From Hamiltosporidium tvaerminnensis FI-OER-3-3 (Eukaryota; Fungi; Microsporidia): DNA of 64,000 nt. The translations under genes and the position numbers were made by a program. The stretch lies in NCBI GenBank assembly GCA_022605425.2, contig JAKIMF020000013.1:62001-126000 (forward strand). Reading direction: 5' to 3'. The notes below the pieces were generated by a model that saw only the letters and a list, made by a program, of their open reading frames with translations, searched no databases and was not told where the DNA came from. This document shows, piece after piece, positions 46,520-60,130 of the stretch. How positions within the stretch are numbered: the first letter of the stretch is position 1; each line of letters begins with the position of its first letter.

Positions 46520-49500
46520 ATTTTTTATTTAAAAAAATCCTGGGTTAACAAATTTTCTCTCGTTTAACTAATTTCTTCCATCACTTTAACCACTTTATTC
46601 TCTTTTTCTACATCCGACTTATCATTAATGTCTATCGTCGGTTCCTCTGGTCTGGTTACGTCATCTAAAATAAGGGGTAAAATATTTTTTGAATTTACTT
46701 GTTTAACACTATCTTCCTCGTTCTTCACTTCTTTTAAGGGGGGTGTTGGCTGTTTATGCATCTCAGCTCCTATAATAACACTTAATGACGCTCTCTCCCA
46801 GCTCTCTTCGGCACTTGGTCCTGACTCAATTCCTCTTCGTCGATCGAAGGAAATCATTTCGACTGTTTTCTTAAGTACTATGGACTGAATGTATGCCTCT
46901 ACATTTATGGGTATTTGTAATCTTTTAAGATAAGTCTTATGGTATTTTGTCACAATACCGTCCCATGTTATCACATAAGAAATTATCTCTACACTACATT
47001 TGTAAATAAGACCCAGCTCATTTGCTAATAGGTCATACTTCCTAAGTTTCTCTGTTTCAACTATTTGAAGTGAGTCTTGGGAGGTGATTCCTACTTCAAT
47101 GAGGGTAATCTTATTTCGTCTCTTGTCTAAAACGAATATATCTGGCCTATTATTTCGAATTTTGACATCAGTTTTTATTCTGGTGTCCACTCTTATCTCT
47201 GCATACTCATTATCAAGAATTTCTTGAACTGAGTGGCTTCTGATTCGTTTTGAAGACTTGAATTTATATTTATTTAAAAAGAGCAAATGTATACATCGTA
47301 CCACTTCATTGTGTCGTCTAGTATAGTCATGACCAAGCATTTTTTCACATCTCGTTGCTAAATGGTCTACTGTTTTTCTAGACGTGTTGCAGTGTTGACA
47401 CACACCTTCTGCTCCCCAGAATACATTTCTATCCTGGATATAACAGAACACTGCTTCATCACGTGGTCTTACACTTCCTTTCTTTAACCATCTTGAGGAG
47501 TCATTTACACTTACCAGCTCGTTATTTCTAGCGCTATATAACTTTGAATGGAGTTTTCGTTTTTCTATTTCGTTATATAGTTTTGCAAGTTGAGCTTCTT
47601 CTAAACTTTTCTTAGTGACCTCCTCTGCCATCCCGTATTTTACTTGTAAAAAGTCTTTTATTAGTGCAAGACGGGTTTTATTATCATTCTCCACCTTAAG
47701 GATTGCTGCTCTTCTGGTCGATGTTTCTTTAGATTTTTCCAGACAATCCAAGAGTTGCAAAAGCATATGTTCGCTTTTGAACTCAACACTATGAAGACCT
47801 CTCCCAAGTTCTGTTCTGGGAAGGTACAGACGCTCTTTACATCCTGGGCGAAGATGTATCTTGTTCTTTACTAAAACTGCACGTACTGCGTCATCCAACT
47901 TTAAGAAGTCAGCCGGTTCAAGTCGGAGTACACCTATATGATAGTTTAGTAAAGAAATTGCATGTTGATTAATGGCTTGAAATAAATTTCTTGCATTTAA
48001 TCTCGTGCGACAAAGTCTTTCTACTCGTGCTATAAGTTTAGTCTGTACTTCCTCAAACGACTTACTTGTTGGAATTCCTCTGCTATCTTCTATAATTCCA
48101 AGGTATTTATGTACACCTATTCCTTCAAGAAGAGTAGCAGTATCTTCACAACATGGATCATTAGTGGCAGACTTCTCTTTGTTAATTTCTAATCCTATAT
48201 TTTTCATGAACATTTTTACCTCCTCCGTCATCTTTTCAAGCGTTGTTCCATTTTTGGCAAGGAGCTTAAGATCATCAATAAACAAGAGATGATTAGTCGC
48301 GTGGGATTCTGCATCTGTCTTTATTGTCACTTTTGTGTATTTCTCATTAAGCTTTCGGCTCAATGGATCCATACACAACACAAACAATAATGGTGACAAA
48401 CTATCTCCTTGCAGAATCCCTCTATCAATCTTCTTGCTCATGATTTTTTCAGGCCCTACTGATATATCAATTTTCCATTTTGATATAATTACCTTAATAA
48501 ATTTCAGGATCCAATCAGGTAAATTAAGGTTTTCAAATCATTGAGTCAAATAAGCATGATCTATTGAATCATAAGCTTTTTTGACATCAATCCATGTTGC
48601 CTTAAGATTGTTTCCGTACTCTTTATTAATCGCAATATTCAATAGGGCCTGTTCTTTCGCTCCTTGCACTCCTCTAACCGCTCCCAACTGATTATCTGAA
48701 AGTAATCCTCGTCTTTCCACCTCAACCCGAACCACTTTAGTGACACATTTTGTAGTCAGTTTATACAGGTTTGACATACAAGTTATTGGTCTGTAATCAG
48801 AGCCAGTATTTGGTGTACCTTTAGGTATCAGATAAGTAAGTCTACAATAATACCAATCGGCTTTAGACGTTCCTTCTAAACATATGGCTTTCACAATATC
48901 ATAAAGATATTTATGAAGGCCCGTAAGTTTATTGATGTAAAAGTTATAAATACCATCAATTCCAGCGGCTTTCCAGTTAGGCAGACAATTTATAATATCT
49001 ATAAACTCTTCAAGTGAAGGAAACGTGGTCTGTTGCGTATCTGACACGAAAGGTATCAAATACTCATCATATGTAACTACTTTATCATTTTTATTCCACA
49101 TTTTAGACCAAAATTCTGAAATTTCGTCACGATAAACCACATGCTCGGATTCAACGCGCTCAGATAACCCTCGGTGGAATCGACCTCGGAATAACTCAAA
49201 CATACGATTCTCTTTTCGAAATTTTCTCCTACTTTCATACATCGTAATTTTTTTCTCGTACACATTCAAAGCCTCATTCTTCTTAACCAAAGCTTCGGAG
49301 AGATCATTTATTTTGCTTAAGTCTAGATTAAACTCTGCATAATTTTTCTGAGACTTTTCGTTTCCGAGGTAGAGAGCTTTTCCAGTTTACGAGCCTTCTC
49401 GAGGAGATCTTTGGAAAGTACTAGCTTAGAAATTTTACTTTCTATGTTTTCCTTCCAAGCAGATCTAGGCTTCTCCTTACGCGTTTCCTCGTCATAGCAT

Positions 49501-50309
49501 ACATGAGCCGCCTGGATGATTCGAGCTGCATCACTAACATTCTTAGGCACATGAAATTCAGCATATTCACCTGTGATCCGATTTATGAGTTCCAAAACTT
49601 TATTATCAACCAATTCACTTGGAAGTTTTCTAGTTCGGACCACTACATCTCCGATTTCCTTCTCAGAGAGTTCCTTGATTTTACACAAGAACTTTTCTCT
49701 CAGGTTCATATAGAGTGTAGTGTCAGTTAAGAAACATGGCTCGGCGAGACAAGTGGGGGTTCTACGTCGCTCTCCATTCTCTTCTCGCCTTATTTCTCTT
49801 TCTGCCTCATTATGTGTTAATTTTTTTAACACATCGATATCAACAGTTCGACCAAATTTCCCATTATAGTACCTAAGAATTGCAGACCAGCCATTTCTAG
49901 GCATTCACTCAAACCTTTTTTGCACTGCTGACATAGCAGATCTAGGCCATTCCTGCTCTACGGCTGTGACAGAGTCAAGTATTGAATGCAATACCATCAG
50001 TCGATTTCCTTCTGAAATGGCAGGTGCATTGAGGTTTTCCATTGTGTTGGCTGGTCCACACGCAGAAGAATCGGGACAGGAAGAAGGGTGTGCGGAATCG
50101 AGCAGGCTGACTGGAGTAACATATAACGTAGTGCTCGGTGGGGAATGGGTGTTATTATGAATGGTCGGTTGTGGTGGAAGTGTTTCGGATATAGTTACTA
50201 CATCTCTATCACACGTTTTTGTCTCTTTTAAACCAATTTCCGAGTTGTTTACAGCCTTTATTTCTTCATTTTTTATATTTTCGCTGTCAACTTTTTTTCT
50301 TCTACCCAT
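46520..50309 (-). mobile_element. Full-length R4/Dong-like RLE non-LTR retrotransposon, lightly disrupted
   Basis: Same domain order as 24103..27900, with intact RPDI...IEV...EKLRKY. One in-frame TGA (49905-49907) and frameshifts near 49330 and 48540. Confidence 0.95.
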
Positions 50310-50329
50310 TAATTTAGTATAGATATATT

Positions 50330-51000
50330 TAATAGATATAAGTAATATAACACATACTAAATATATAAGTAATATAACACCTACTATAACACCTTATAAT
50401 ATATAAGATAATATAACACCCCTTTAACACATACTATATATAAAGATAATAACACCCCTTTACCACATACTAAATATATAAGTATTATAACACCTTATAA
50501 TATATAAGTATTATAACACCTATTATAACACCTTATAATATATAAGTAATATAACACCTATTATAACACCTTATAATATATAAGTAATATAACACCTTAT
50601 AATATATAAGTAATATAACACCTATTATAACACCTTATAATATATAAGTAATATAACACCTTATAATATATAAGTAATATACCACCCCTTTACCACATAC
50701 TAAATATATAAGTAATATAACACCTTATAATATACAAGTAATATAAAACCTTATAATATATAAGTAATATAACAACTACTATAACACCCCTTTACCACAT
50801 ACTAAATATATAAGTAATATAACACCCCTTTAATTGGTCAGTATTATAACACCTACTATAACACCCCTTTAATTGATAAGTAAAATAACACCTATTATAA
50901 CACCCCTTTACCACATACTAAATATATAAGTAATATAACACCCCTTTATAAGATACTAAATATATAAGTAATATAACACCCCTTTAAAATCAATTATTTA
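50330..51000. repeat. AT-rich minisatellite array
   Basis: Many variants of ATATATAAGTAATATAACACC(TTATA/CCTTTA). Confidence 0.93.
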
Positions 51001-51169
51001 TTAATTAGAATATAACACTTCTTCATATGAAATCAAAACCTTATCCTCCTCATCACTACTAACCCTAAGAGATACATCACCTTATAGTATCCTAGTCTTA
51101 TAGTCTAATAGTATTATAGTATACTAGTCTTATAATCTACTAGTCTTATAGTCTTATTATCTAGTCTTA

Positions 51170-51470
51170 TACCTACCCTTATACTATAACACTCTACTCT
51201 CATACCCTACTCCTCACTATTCTACTCCTCGCTATTAGACTCCTCCTTACTACTTACCCTTATACTATAACACTCTACTCTCATACCCTACCCTTATATT
51301 CTACTCCTCGCTATTAGACTCCTCCTTACTACTTACCCTTATACTATAACACTCTACTCTCCTACTCCTCACTATTAGACTCCTCCTTACTACTTACCCT
51401 TATACTATCACCCTATTCTTATACTATAACCCTACTCTTCTCCTACTCCTCACTATTAGACTCCTCCTTA
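51170..51470. repeat. Tandem repeat containing the last codons and stop of the CHD gene
   Basis: CTACTCCTC(A/G)CTATTAGACTCCTCCTTA at 51222, 51301, 51362 and 51443. Confidence 0.92.
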
Positions 51471-54400
51471 TTACCATACGCCTTAATTAAAGCCTCTACT
51501 CTCCTAACAATAACATCCTCTCCAATACAAAACCTCTCCTCCACTCCTTTAAACCCCCCTCTCACCAACACATCAACCATCTCCTTATCATACTCACTAC
51601 TCCATTTCCTAGGTAACCCACTACTCTTCCTAACACTAGGTATACTTCCTTTATCACACATCTCATTTAACTTATCAAACATTTTAACTCTATAACACAT
51701 CTTCTCATCTTTTTCTTCTCTTTTTCTTCTTTTCTTAAAACTCTTATCAATAACACTTTCTACTTTTTCTAATTTACCTTCTAATTCTTTACCTTCTAAA
51801 ATATTTTCTAAGGATTTATAATAATTTTCTTTATTCTTTTCACTTACTCTACCATAATTAAGAATTATTTCTAATATTTCTAAATCATTGTCTTCTTCTT
51901 TATTTTCATTTATTTTTTTATTTAAACTTAAAATTATTTTTCTTATTCTAGCATTTAACTCATCCTCACTCTTACCTCTAAATATACTCTTGTCCTTATT
52001 TTTAGGGATAGTGGGGGTGATGTTGGATATGTTAGTGGTGATGGTGTTAGTAATAGAAGGGTTAGTAACAGTAGAAGGGTTATTAGTAGTGGTAGTATTG
52101 ATATTAGTAGAAGTATTATTAACACCAATATTATTACCCTCCTCCCTACCCCCCTTACCACTAATACTAAATCCATTCCTTCTACTACTACCTACTACGT
52201 TACATGGGTAGTTATCATACCCATTAGTAAGTACCCAGTTAACTAATCTCTTATCATCCTCATAACTCCATCCTCTCCATTTCTCTACAAATCCTAATCC
52301 TTCACATTTCATAAGAATACCTAATATAACAACAACCTGTACTCTTAATAAGAATCTATTACCGAACCTATCAAAGATATTTGTAGTGTTAGGGGGATTG
52401 TTAGGATGGTTGTTGTTAGAGGGATGGTTGTTAGTATTAGTGTTACTATTGTTAATACTCTTATTGTTGTTACTATTGACATTACTATTGTTACTCCCTA
52501 CTACATCACTCCCTACTACATCACTACCTACTACATCACAATTACCTATCTCCCCTTTCTTTTCTCCTTTTATATATCCATCCATGTGTAAGGAATAATC
52601 TTCTTTCATTTTATTTTCTACTTTTTCTAAACAATGAGAAATACAAAAATTTAAATAAGGAATTGGATCAGAAGGATATTTTAAAGTAGATAAAGAATTA
52701 ACACCCTTACGTAATACAGTAAGAAAAACAAGGGAAGTAAAGTCAATGGTAGTATTAGGAGTAGGGGTGTTAGTATTAGTATTAACAGGGTGTAAGGTGT
52801 TAGTATTGGTATTAACAGGGTGTTGTTCATCTATATCGTTATTAACACCCTCCTCCTTACTAGTATTAACACCCCCTATGCCCCCTACCTCCCTACTACT
52901 AGTATTAACACCTTCTACCTCCCTACTAGTATTAACACCCCCTACTAAATCCCCACCCATCACACCACCCTCTATATCACCCCCTATTCTATTAATCCTC
53001 TCTTCTATTTCCTTTATCATCCTATCAATCTCTTCTACCTCACTACAACTAACACCCTCTCTTCCTAACCTACGTATCTGTCTTTTAATTCTTCCTTCAT
53101 TTTCTTCAGATTTCTTTTTATTAACTAAATTATCCCAAAAATCTGGATCATCAATTTCTTCTTCTACAAAGAAAGAAGCTTTACTAAAAATATTACCACC
53201 TTCATATAAATTATCATGTTTAACTACTTTACTTCTTCTTTCTAATATTTGATCAATATCTTCTTCACAGAATTTAACACTTATCTCATCATTCTCCATA
53301 AGTACTCCATAAGCACCTTTTCTTAATAATAATTCTATACTATCTTTATATTTTAAAGATGGTTTGTTTTCATAACTTAATCTTTGTAATATAGCTTTAT
53401 CTAATCCTAATTTTAAACCTGCTTTATCAAACATTTCTCTTTCATATGTGTTACGTGTTACTAATCTATATACTTTAACTTCATTAAGTTGTCCTATACG
53501 GTGACATCTAGCTTGTGCTTGTAAATCGTTTTGTGGATTCCAGTCACTGTCAAATATTATTACTGTATCTGCTGCTGTTAAATTTATACCTACACCACCT
53601 GCACGTGTACATAGTAGAAATACAAATACATCAGAATCTTTATTACAGAATCTATCTATAGCTTCTTGTCTACATTCTCCTCTTACACTTCCATCTATTC
53701 TTTCATATTTATATTTTCTAAAATTTAAATATTCTCCTAATAAATCTAAACACCGAGTCATTTGAGAGAATATTAATACTTTATGACTTCCTTTTAATTT
53801 AGCTAATAATTTATCTAATAAAACCATTTTACCAGAAGATTGTATCATTATTTTATAATATTCATCTAAAGGTATCTGTTGAAGGAGAGAAGTAAAGGTA
53901 TTATTTTCAAGAACAGGGACACTGCGGGTAATGGTATTATTGGTATTGGTATTGGTGGTATTGGTATTGGTGGTATTGGTATTGGTGGTATTGGTATTGG
54001 TGGTATTGGTATGGGTAACAGGGTCTTGATTATAAGTACTATTGTTAACAGGGTCTTGATTATAAGTATTGGTGGTAACAGGGTCTTGTTTATAAGTGTT
54101 GGTGGTAACAGGGTCTTGATTATAAGTATTGGTGGTAACAGGGTCTTGATTATAAGTGTTAGTATTAACAGGGTCTTGATTATAAGTACTGTTGTTAACA
54201 CCCTCTAATTCATTATCCTTATCTCTAACACCCTCTAATCTACTATCTTTATCAATAACACCCTCTAATTCACTATCATTATCACTAACACCCTGTTGTT
54301 TATTAGTACTAATGTTAACACCCTCTAATTCACTATCCTCATCACTAAGACCCTCTTCATCTATACCCTTATCACTAACACCCTCTAACATACCCTTACC

Positions 54401-56771
54401 CACACTACCCTCCAACATACTCTTACCCACACCACCCCATAATATACCCTTATCACTAACACTCCCCAACATACCCTTACCCACACTCCCCTCTAACATA
54501 CCCTTACCCACACTACCCTCCACCTCCACCACTTTACTCCTCTGTTTATATATCCACTCTCCTAATATCTTTTCTTCTGCCCCTAAAATAAGATAAGGAT
54601 GTATACAACACTTCCTTAACTCCATCATAGCATTAAGTAAATTAGGTGCATTATCACCTTTTCTTAAAAATTCTATATTCTTCTCCAACAATAGCTCTAT
54701 AAAACCTTTTCTGTATCATTGTTAATTCTACTTCAACAATAGTCTCTTCTTTAACAGGTATACTTTTTTCTACATCATCCTTCATTCTACGTAACATTAA
54801 AGTTTTTAAAACTGATTGTAATCTTTCTACATCCTCACTCTTATTCATAGTATAAGTCATAAGAAAATGTGTACAATCATCATATTTATAAGGATCTATA
54901 AAATTAAGAAGTGACCATAATTCTCCTAAATTATTTTGTAAAGGTGTACCACTTAATAATATACGATAATCTATATTTAATTCTCTTACTGATATACTAG
55001 CTTTAGAATTTATATTTTTTAATCTATGAGCTTCATCAAAAATACCAACACAAAAGTTTATATCTTTTAAATGATTTAATCCTGACATACACATTTCATA
55101 GGTTGTTATTAGAATATCAAATAAAGGAAGTGTAATATCTTCTTTATAAAAAAATTCATAATTTCTTATTACATCTCTACCAGATGCACTACCATGATAT
55201 ACTAATACACGTAAATCTGTCCAACATAAATATTCTCTTTCCCAATGTATAATTGTACTTAAAGGTGCTACTATTAAATAAGGACCTGGATTTTTATGTA
55301 TAGTATGTATTGTATTAGTAAATACAACACTTTGTACTGTTTTTCCTAATCCCATTTCATCTGCCATTATACAGCTTTGTCTATGATACCATCTATTTAA
55401 TAACCAATTAAGACCTTCTAATTGATAATCACGTAATGTATTGTTATTTTTAAAAGAAGGGCTTTTTTCAAATCTAAGCATTTCATCACGGGGTGGTCTA
55501 TAATTAACAGGTTTGTAAGAGAAGGCATTAGTATTAATGGTATTATTGTTTGGGATGGTATTTGGGATGTTGTTTAAGTTAGTATTATATAAGTTATTAA
55601 TAGTATTATTGGTATTATATAAGTTATTATTAGTATCATTAGTATTATATAAGTTATTATTCAAGTTATTATCGTTTAGGTTACTATCAATCCTATTATC
55701 AATATTACTATCAATCCTATTACTAATATTACTTTCATATCTACTATCAATCCTATTATCAATATTACTTTCATACCTGTTATTACGGCTTCTTTTTATT
55801 TTTATTGCTTTTTCTACTCTTCTGTTGTATTCAGTGAGTGCAGATGTGTAATTTTCACAATTTTTGACTTTTTCTGTTTCTTCGAAAGTAGAAAGTTCAT
55901 GGGAAAGTTTCTTCCATTTGATAAGACATCTGGTATCTTCAAAAAGAAGGATTTTTTCAACTATCAAATATTCTGGGTCAAATGGTATATTTTTAGGTCT
56001 AAATCTTCTTATTTTAATACTTCCTGATCTGGTTTGGAGAATTGTGTTTTTAGAGACCCAGGAACAGTGAATGTATGATTTGTTTTTGTATTTTACTAGG
56101 TATGTGTCTTGTGATGGGTTGTGTGATAAAAGCTTTTCTATGTCTGAAGATGTGTCTGAGATTTGTTCAAGTTCTATTTCTTCTTCTTCTTGTATTTTTA
56201 GTGGTGGCTGGGATGGAATGTAAGCGGATTTTCTTGTTCGTTTTGGTCGGCCGCGGACAGGAGAAACTGGTATGTATTTCTTTGGTTGGGGGTGTGTGGG
56301 TGTAGGGGTGGTGGGGTTTTGGTGGTGGGGAGGTGTGGTGGTGTGGGTGGGTGGAGTAGGAGGGGGTCTTATTTGGTAGTTGGGGTAGGGAGAATAATAA
56401 GGAGGAAATCTATATGGTGTGTTGTAGGGGGTGTTATTGTACATAGGAGGGTAGTTGTATTGATAAGGGGTGTTATGAAAAATATTACCGTAATATGAGG
56501 GATTGGAGTGTCCCATGGAGGAGGGGTAAGGATACGGGTAGGAAGAAACCTGTCGGTATAAATACTGTGATCTCGGGTTGTAGTTGTAACCGAGTGGTGA
56601 GTTATAAAGAGCAGGATTTGAGCATTGGGACTTACGTGGTCTACCACGTTTCTTAAGTGTGGGTAGACCGTATGATGGCTGTGGTGAAGAGGAGGAGTGA
56701 AATGATACTGAATCTGATGAAATTGATGTTTCTTCTGATTGATCTGAATTTGTTGATGCAGTGCTTGTCAT
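51443..56771 (-). CDS. Chromodomain-helicase-DNA-binding protein, CHD6-9/Kismet type; one gene with a 1-nt frameshift near 54689
   Basis: AT-hooks (KRGRPRK, RGRPKR), double chromodomain ([15 protein letters not shown]), [34 protein letters not shown], and subfamily motif LLRKGAYG...[11 protein letters not shown]. The two ORFs join as [16 protein letters not shown]. Confidence 0.93.
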
Positions 56772-56959
56772 TTCTTTTTTTTATATTTTTGGGGTAAAAA
56801 AAAATATTTAAAGAGGGTTTTTTGGGGGGTAAAAGGGTGTTTTATTTGTGGTGTAAAAAATTCTTTTTATTGTTTTTTATTTCTAAATTGATTTTTATTT
56901 GTTTTTTTTATTATTTTTTTGATAAATGGTGGCTCTTTCTTTATATTTCTAATGTTTAT

Positions 56960-57140
56960 TATTGTATATCTACTATCTAATCAATAAAATTATTAATTAA
57001 TAATATTGTATTTCTTATTTATATTTATTATTCTATATCTACTATCTAATCAATAATATTATTAATTAATAATATTGTATTTCTTATTTATATTTATTAT
57101 TCTATATCTACTATCTAATCAATAAAATTATTAATTAATA
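56960..57140. repeat. Tandem duplication (~70-bp unit) upstream of the CHD gene
   Basis: TATATCTACTATCTAATCAATAA.ATTATTAATTAATA present three times. Confidence 0.88.
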
Positions 57141-57639
57141 GTATTGTTTATAATTCTAATAATATTTCTATTGTTTGAAGTATTTATTGTTTATGTCCTT
57201 ACTGATAATAATATAATTGGTTAATAAGTTTTTTCCTAATCTAATATTAGTAATTTAATATTATCTTACGTAATTATATTATCTTATGTAATTATATTAT
57301 CTTATGCAATTATATTATTGGTTTAATTAATATCTCTTTGTATCTTTTTTGGAATATTTTATTAATTTTTATCTTATTTTAATCTTATAATATTTTAATT
57401 AATACCGTATCTTTTTTTTGTACTACATATATTTATTAATTTAATATTATTGATTTAATCAATATCTTACTCTTTGATCTATTGTTATTGGTTTAATTAA
57501 TATCTTGCAGTTTGATTTATTGTTATTGGTTGTTGTTATCGTATTTTTTATTAGATTGTATTTGAAATTTTTTTTAATTCAATTTTATTTTTTAATTAAT
57601 ATATTACATATAAATCTAATATTGGATTAATTAATATTT

Positions 57640-57815
57640 TATATTTTGATTTATTGTTATTGGATTTATTAATATCTTACTCTTTGATTTAATTAATATC
57701 TTACTCTTTGATTTATTGTTATTGGTTTAATTAATATTTTACTCTTTGATTTAATTAATATCTTACTCTTTGATTTATTGTTATTGGTTTAATTAATATT
57801 TTACTCTTTGATTTA
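57640..57815. repeat. Short-unit tandem repeats
   Basis: AATAT(C/T)TTACTCTTTGATTTA repeated at least five times. Confidence 0.85.
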
Positions 57816-60130
57816 ATATTATTCGTTTTTCTAATCCATTTATAAATTTAAAGTGTTGTGTTAATAGTTTATTATTAGTTTATACATTTATGTATTTAAA
57901 ATAAAAAGAAAAAATATATTACTTTTTATAGAATATTTATAATTAAATTAATATATATTTGAGGATATAATTGGAGAGGAAAATATATGTTTTGGATTGT
58001 TTAGAAGTGTTTTTAAATATCTGAATTATAATTTAAAGTTTATTACATATAATGTTTTATTAAGTTCAATTTAAATGTAAGTATGGTTATTGGTGTTATT
58101 TATATTGATTGAGAGATATTTGTTTACTGATTTGTATATTTTATTATTGTTTGGGGTTTTTGTTGTGGTTTTTATTGTGGTTTTTTGGGTGCATTTGTGG
58201 TAAATGGTGTGATAAGTTTTGGGTTAGACTAATTATTTCTTGGGTAATATGTGCGTGGATTGTTTGTGTTATTTGTTTTTAGGGGAATCGATATCCTTTG
58301 ATGATAATATTCGGTATGGTTGTAGAGAAATGAACACTTGTGTTTATGTGTACTATCATCTTATAAAGTGAATGTTTTTGCTTATAACTCTGGCACTTGG
58401 GTGTATTTTCAAAATAATTTATGATAAAAGTAAGTAATATTAAAAAATTATTGTCTGTGAATTATCTAAACAGTACATGAATGCGTATAATTTGGAATTT
58501 TTATTTATAAGTCGCAATTTTTGTTTTTAATAGATATAGCAAAGTTAACCAGAAGATTCTCTTGTTGAACATGATATCATATTTGAGCTGCTGTCTATAA
58601 TTAGAATAAAAAATAGCGCTTTCTTTAATTAAATCTAAACTTTGCCGAGTCTTTATAATGTTGAGTTGCAGATCTTTTATATGTTTTTGGAACTCTTGGT
58701 TGCTGAAAGGAATTTAGAAATATCTACATGAAGAGCAACAATCATAGACGAACAAAATACTAACAAAAATCATTTGCATTAGCAGTTGGCTGCATGCAGG
58801 TTACATATAGGTTATATAAAATATCAGGAGCGAATTCTAGAAAAAGATCGAATAGCGAATTGGTTAATCACATATACATAAAAAACATGTTCGAAGTCAT
58901 ATAATATTAGACTCGAAAAGTAATATCTGAAAGGAATACTTATAAGACTTAAGATTTAGCAATAATTCTTTGAAAAAACAGTTCTTGGTTGCATTCAACA
59001 TCGAAATGTATTCTTGGATATATTGGAAAAGTGTCGAAGAAATGGAAATTTTTAAATATAGGTTCATTATTAGAAATAGGCTTTGAGTAATGTTGGGTTT
59101 GAGAATTATAGAGTCATCGTGATTTGCAAGAGTATATAGCTACATCTCTTTAATGAATTTTAATTAATATATATGAATCAATTGAAATTCACTCTGCTCT
59201 AAAAATTCTTGAAAATAAGTGAGTTGGAATAAAAGTGTACGCTTTAAATTTAATTTATGTCTGATTTCGGAATAATAGACCAAATATTTCTATTTTAGCT
59301 ATGAAATAAATAATAAAAAAAACTTCTTGATATTGGAATTTCACAAGCACCAATTCAAACTGTCAAACAAAAAAAATCGACGAAAAATACTTGCCGGTGC
59401 AATGGATCATATTGTAAAGCTAATTTTGTTACAATTCCATATATGATAATATATGGTGATAAGACTACAAAATATCGATTATTTATAGAGATTACAATTT
59501 TAAATAAGAATCGATGCAAACTAACGGGTCTTATAATATCGAAAGAGAATTTTTTTTAAATAAGCGAAAAGAATGAGTCAGAAAAAATGCAGAAAGAATT
59601 TAAAAGAGCATAATTAGTGTCATACGGGAATCTCAAATAAATGTCAAACCATATTGTAACAAAATTACACACTAAGAGTAAGAAATTGATAAGGCAACTA
59701 AATAATAAAATCAATACCTCTACACTTTGAAAATGATGATCGAAACAGAAATATTGACTCAAATTACAGAAGAAAATCGACCAAACAAGGAAAAATATGC
59801 ATAGCTTTAAATATACTGGTTTTAAGTTATTGAGGGGCGCTATTATATTTCTTTAATAATAAATTATATTTTTTTTAAACACTCATCGTGTTCCTTTATT
59901 GACGAAAATAATACTAAATGTAAAAATTCATAGATTATATCAAGAACCTCGTTCGAATTTAAAGAACTTTTTTTTAACCAAAAAATATACTCGATTGAAT
60001 TTGGGTTTTTCTAAGAGATTAGTCTCAAAACATTCCTGATCTGTTCTTATTTGTGTATTTATTTCTAATGAAATAGATAAGACACTTCTCATAAAATTTG
60101 GTACAAACACAAACTTTTTTATATAATTAA

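Noticed and set aside
46490-50340. TSD for the 46.5-kb LINE
   Set aside because: Flanks are two different repeat arrays with no convincing direct repeat.
51888-56647. Antisense and alternate-frame ORFs over the CHD gene
   Set aside because: By-products of stop-poor low-complexity repeats.
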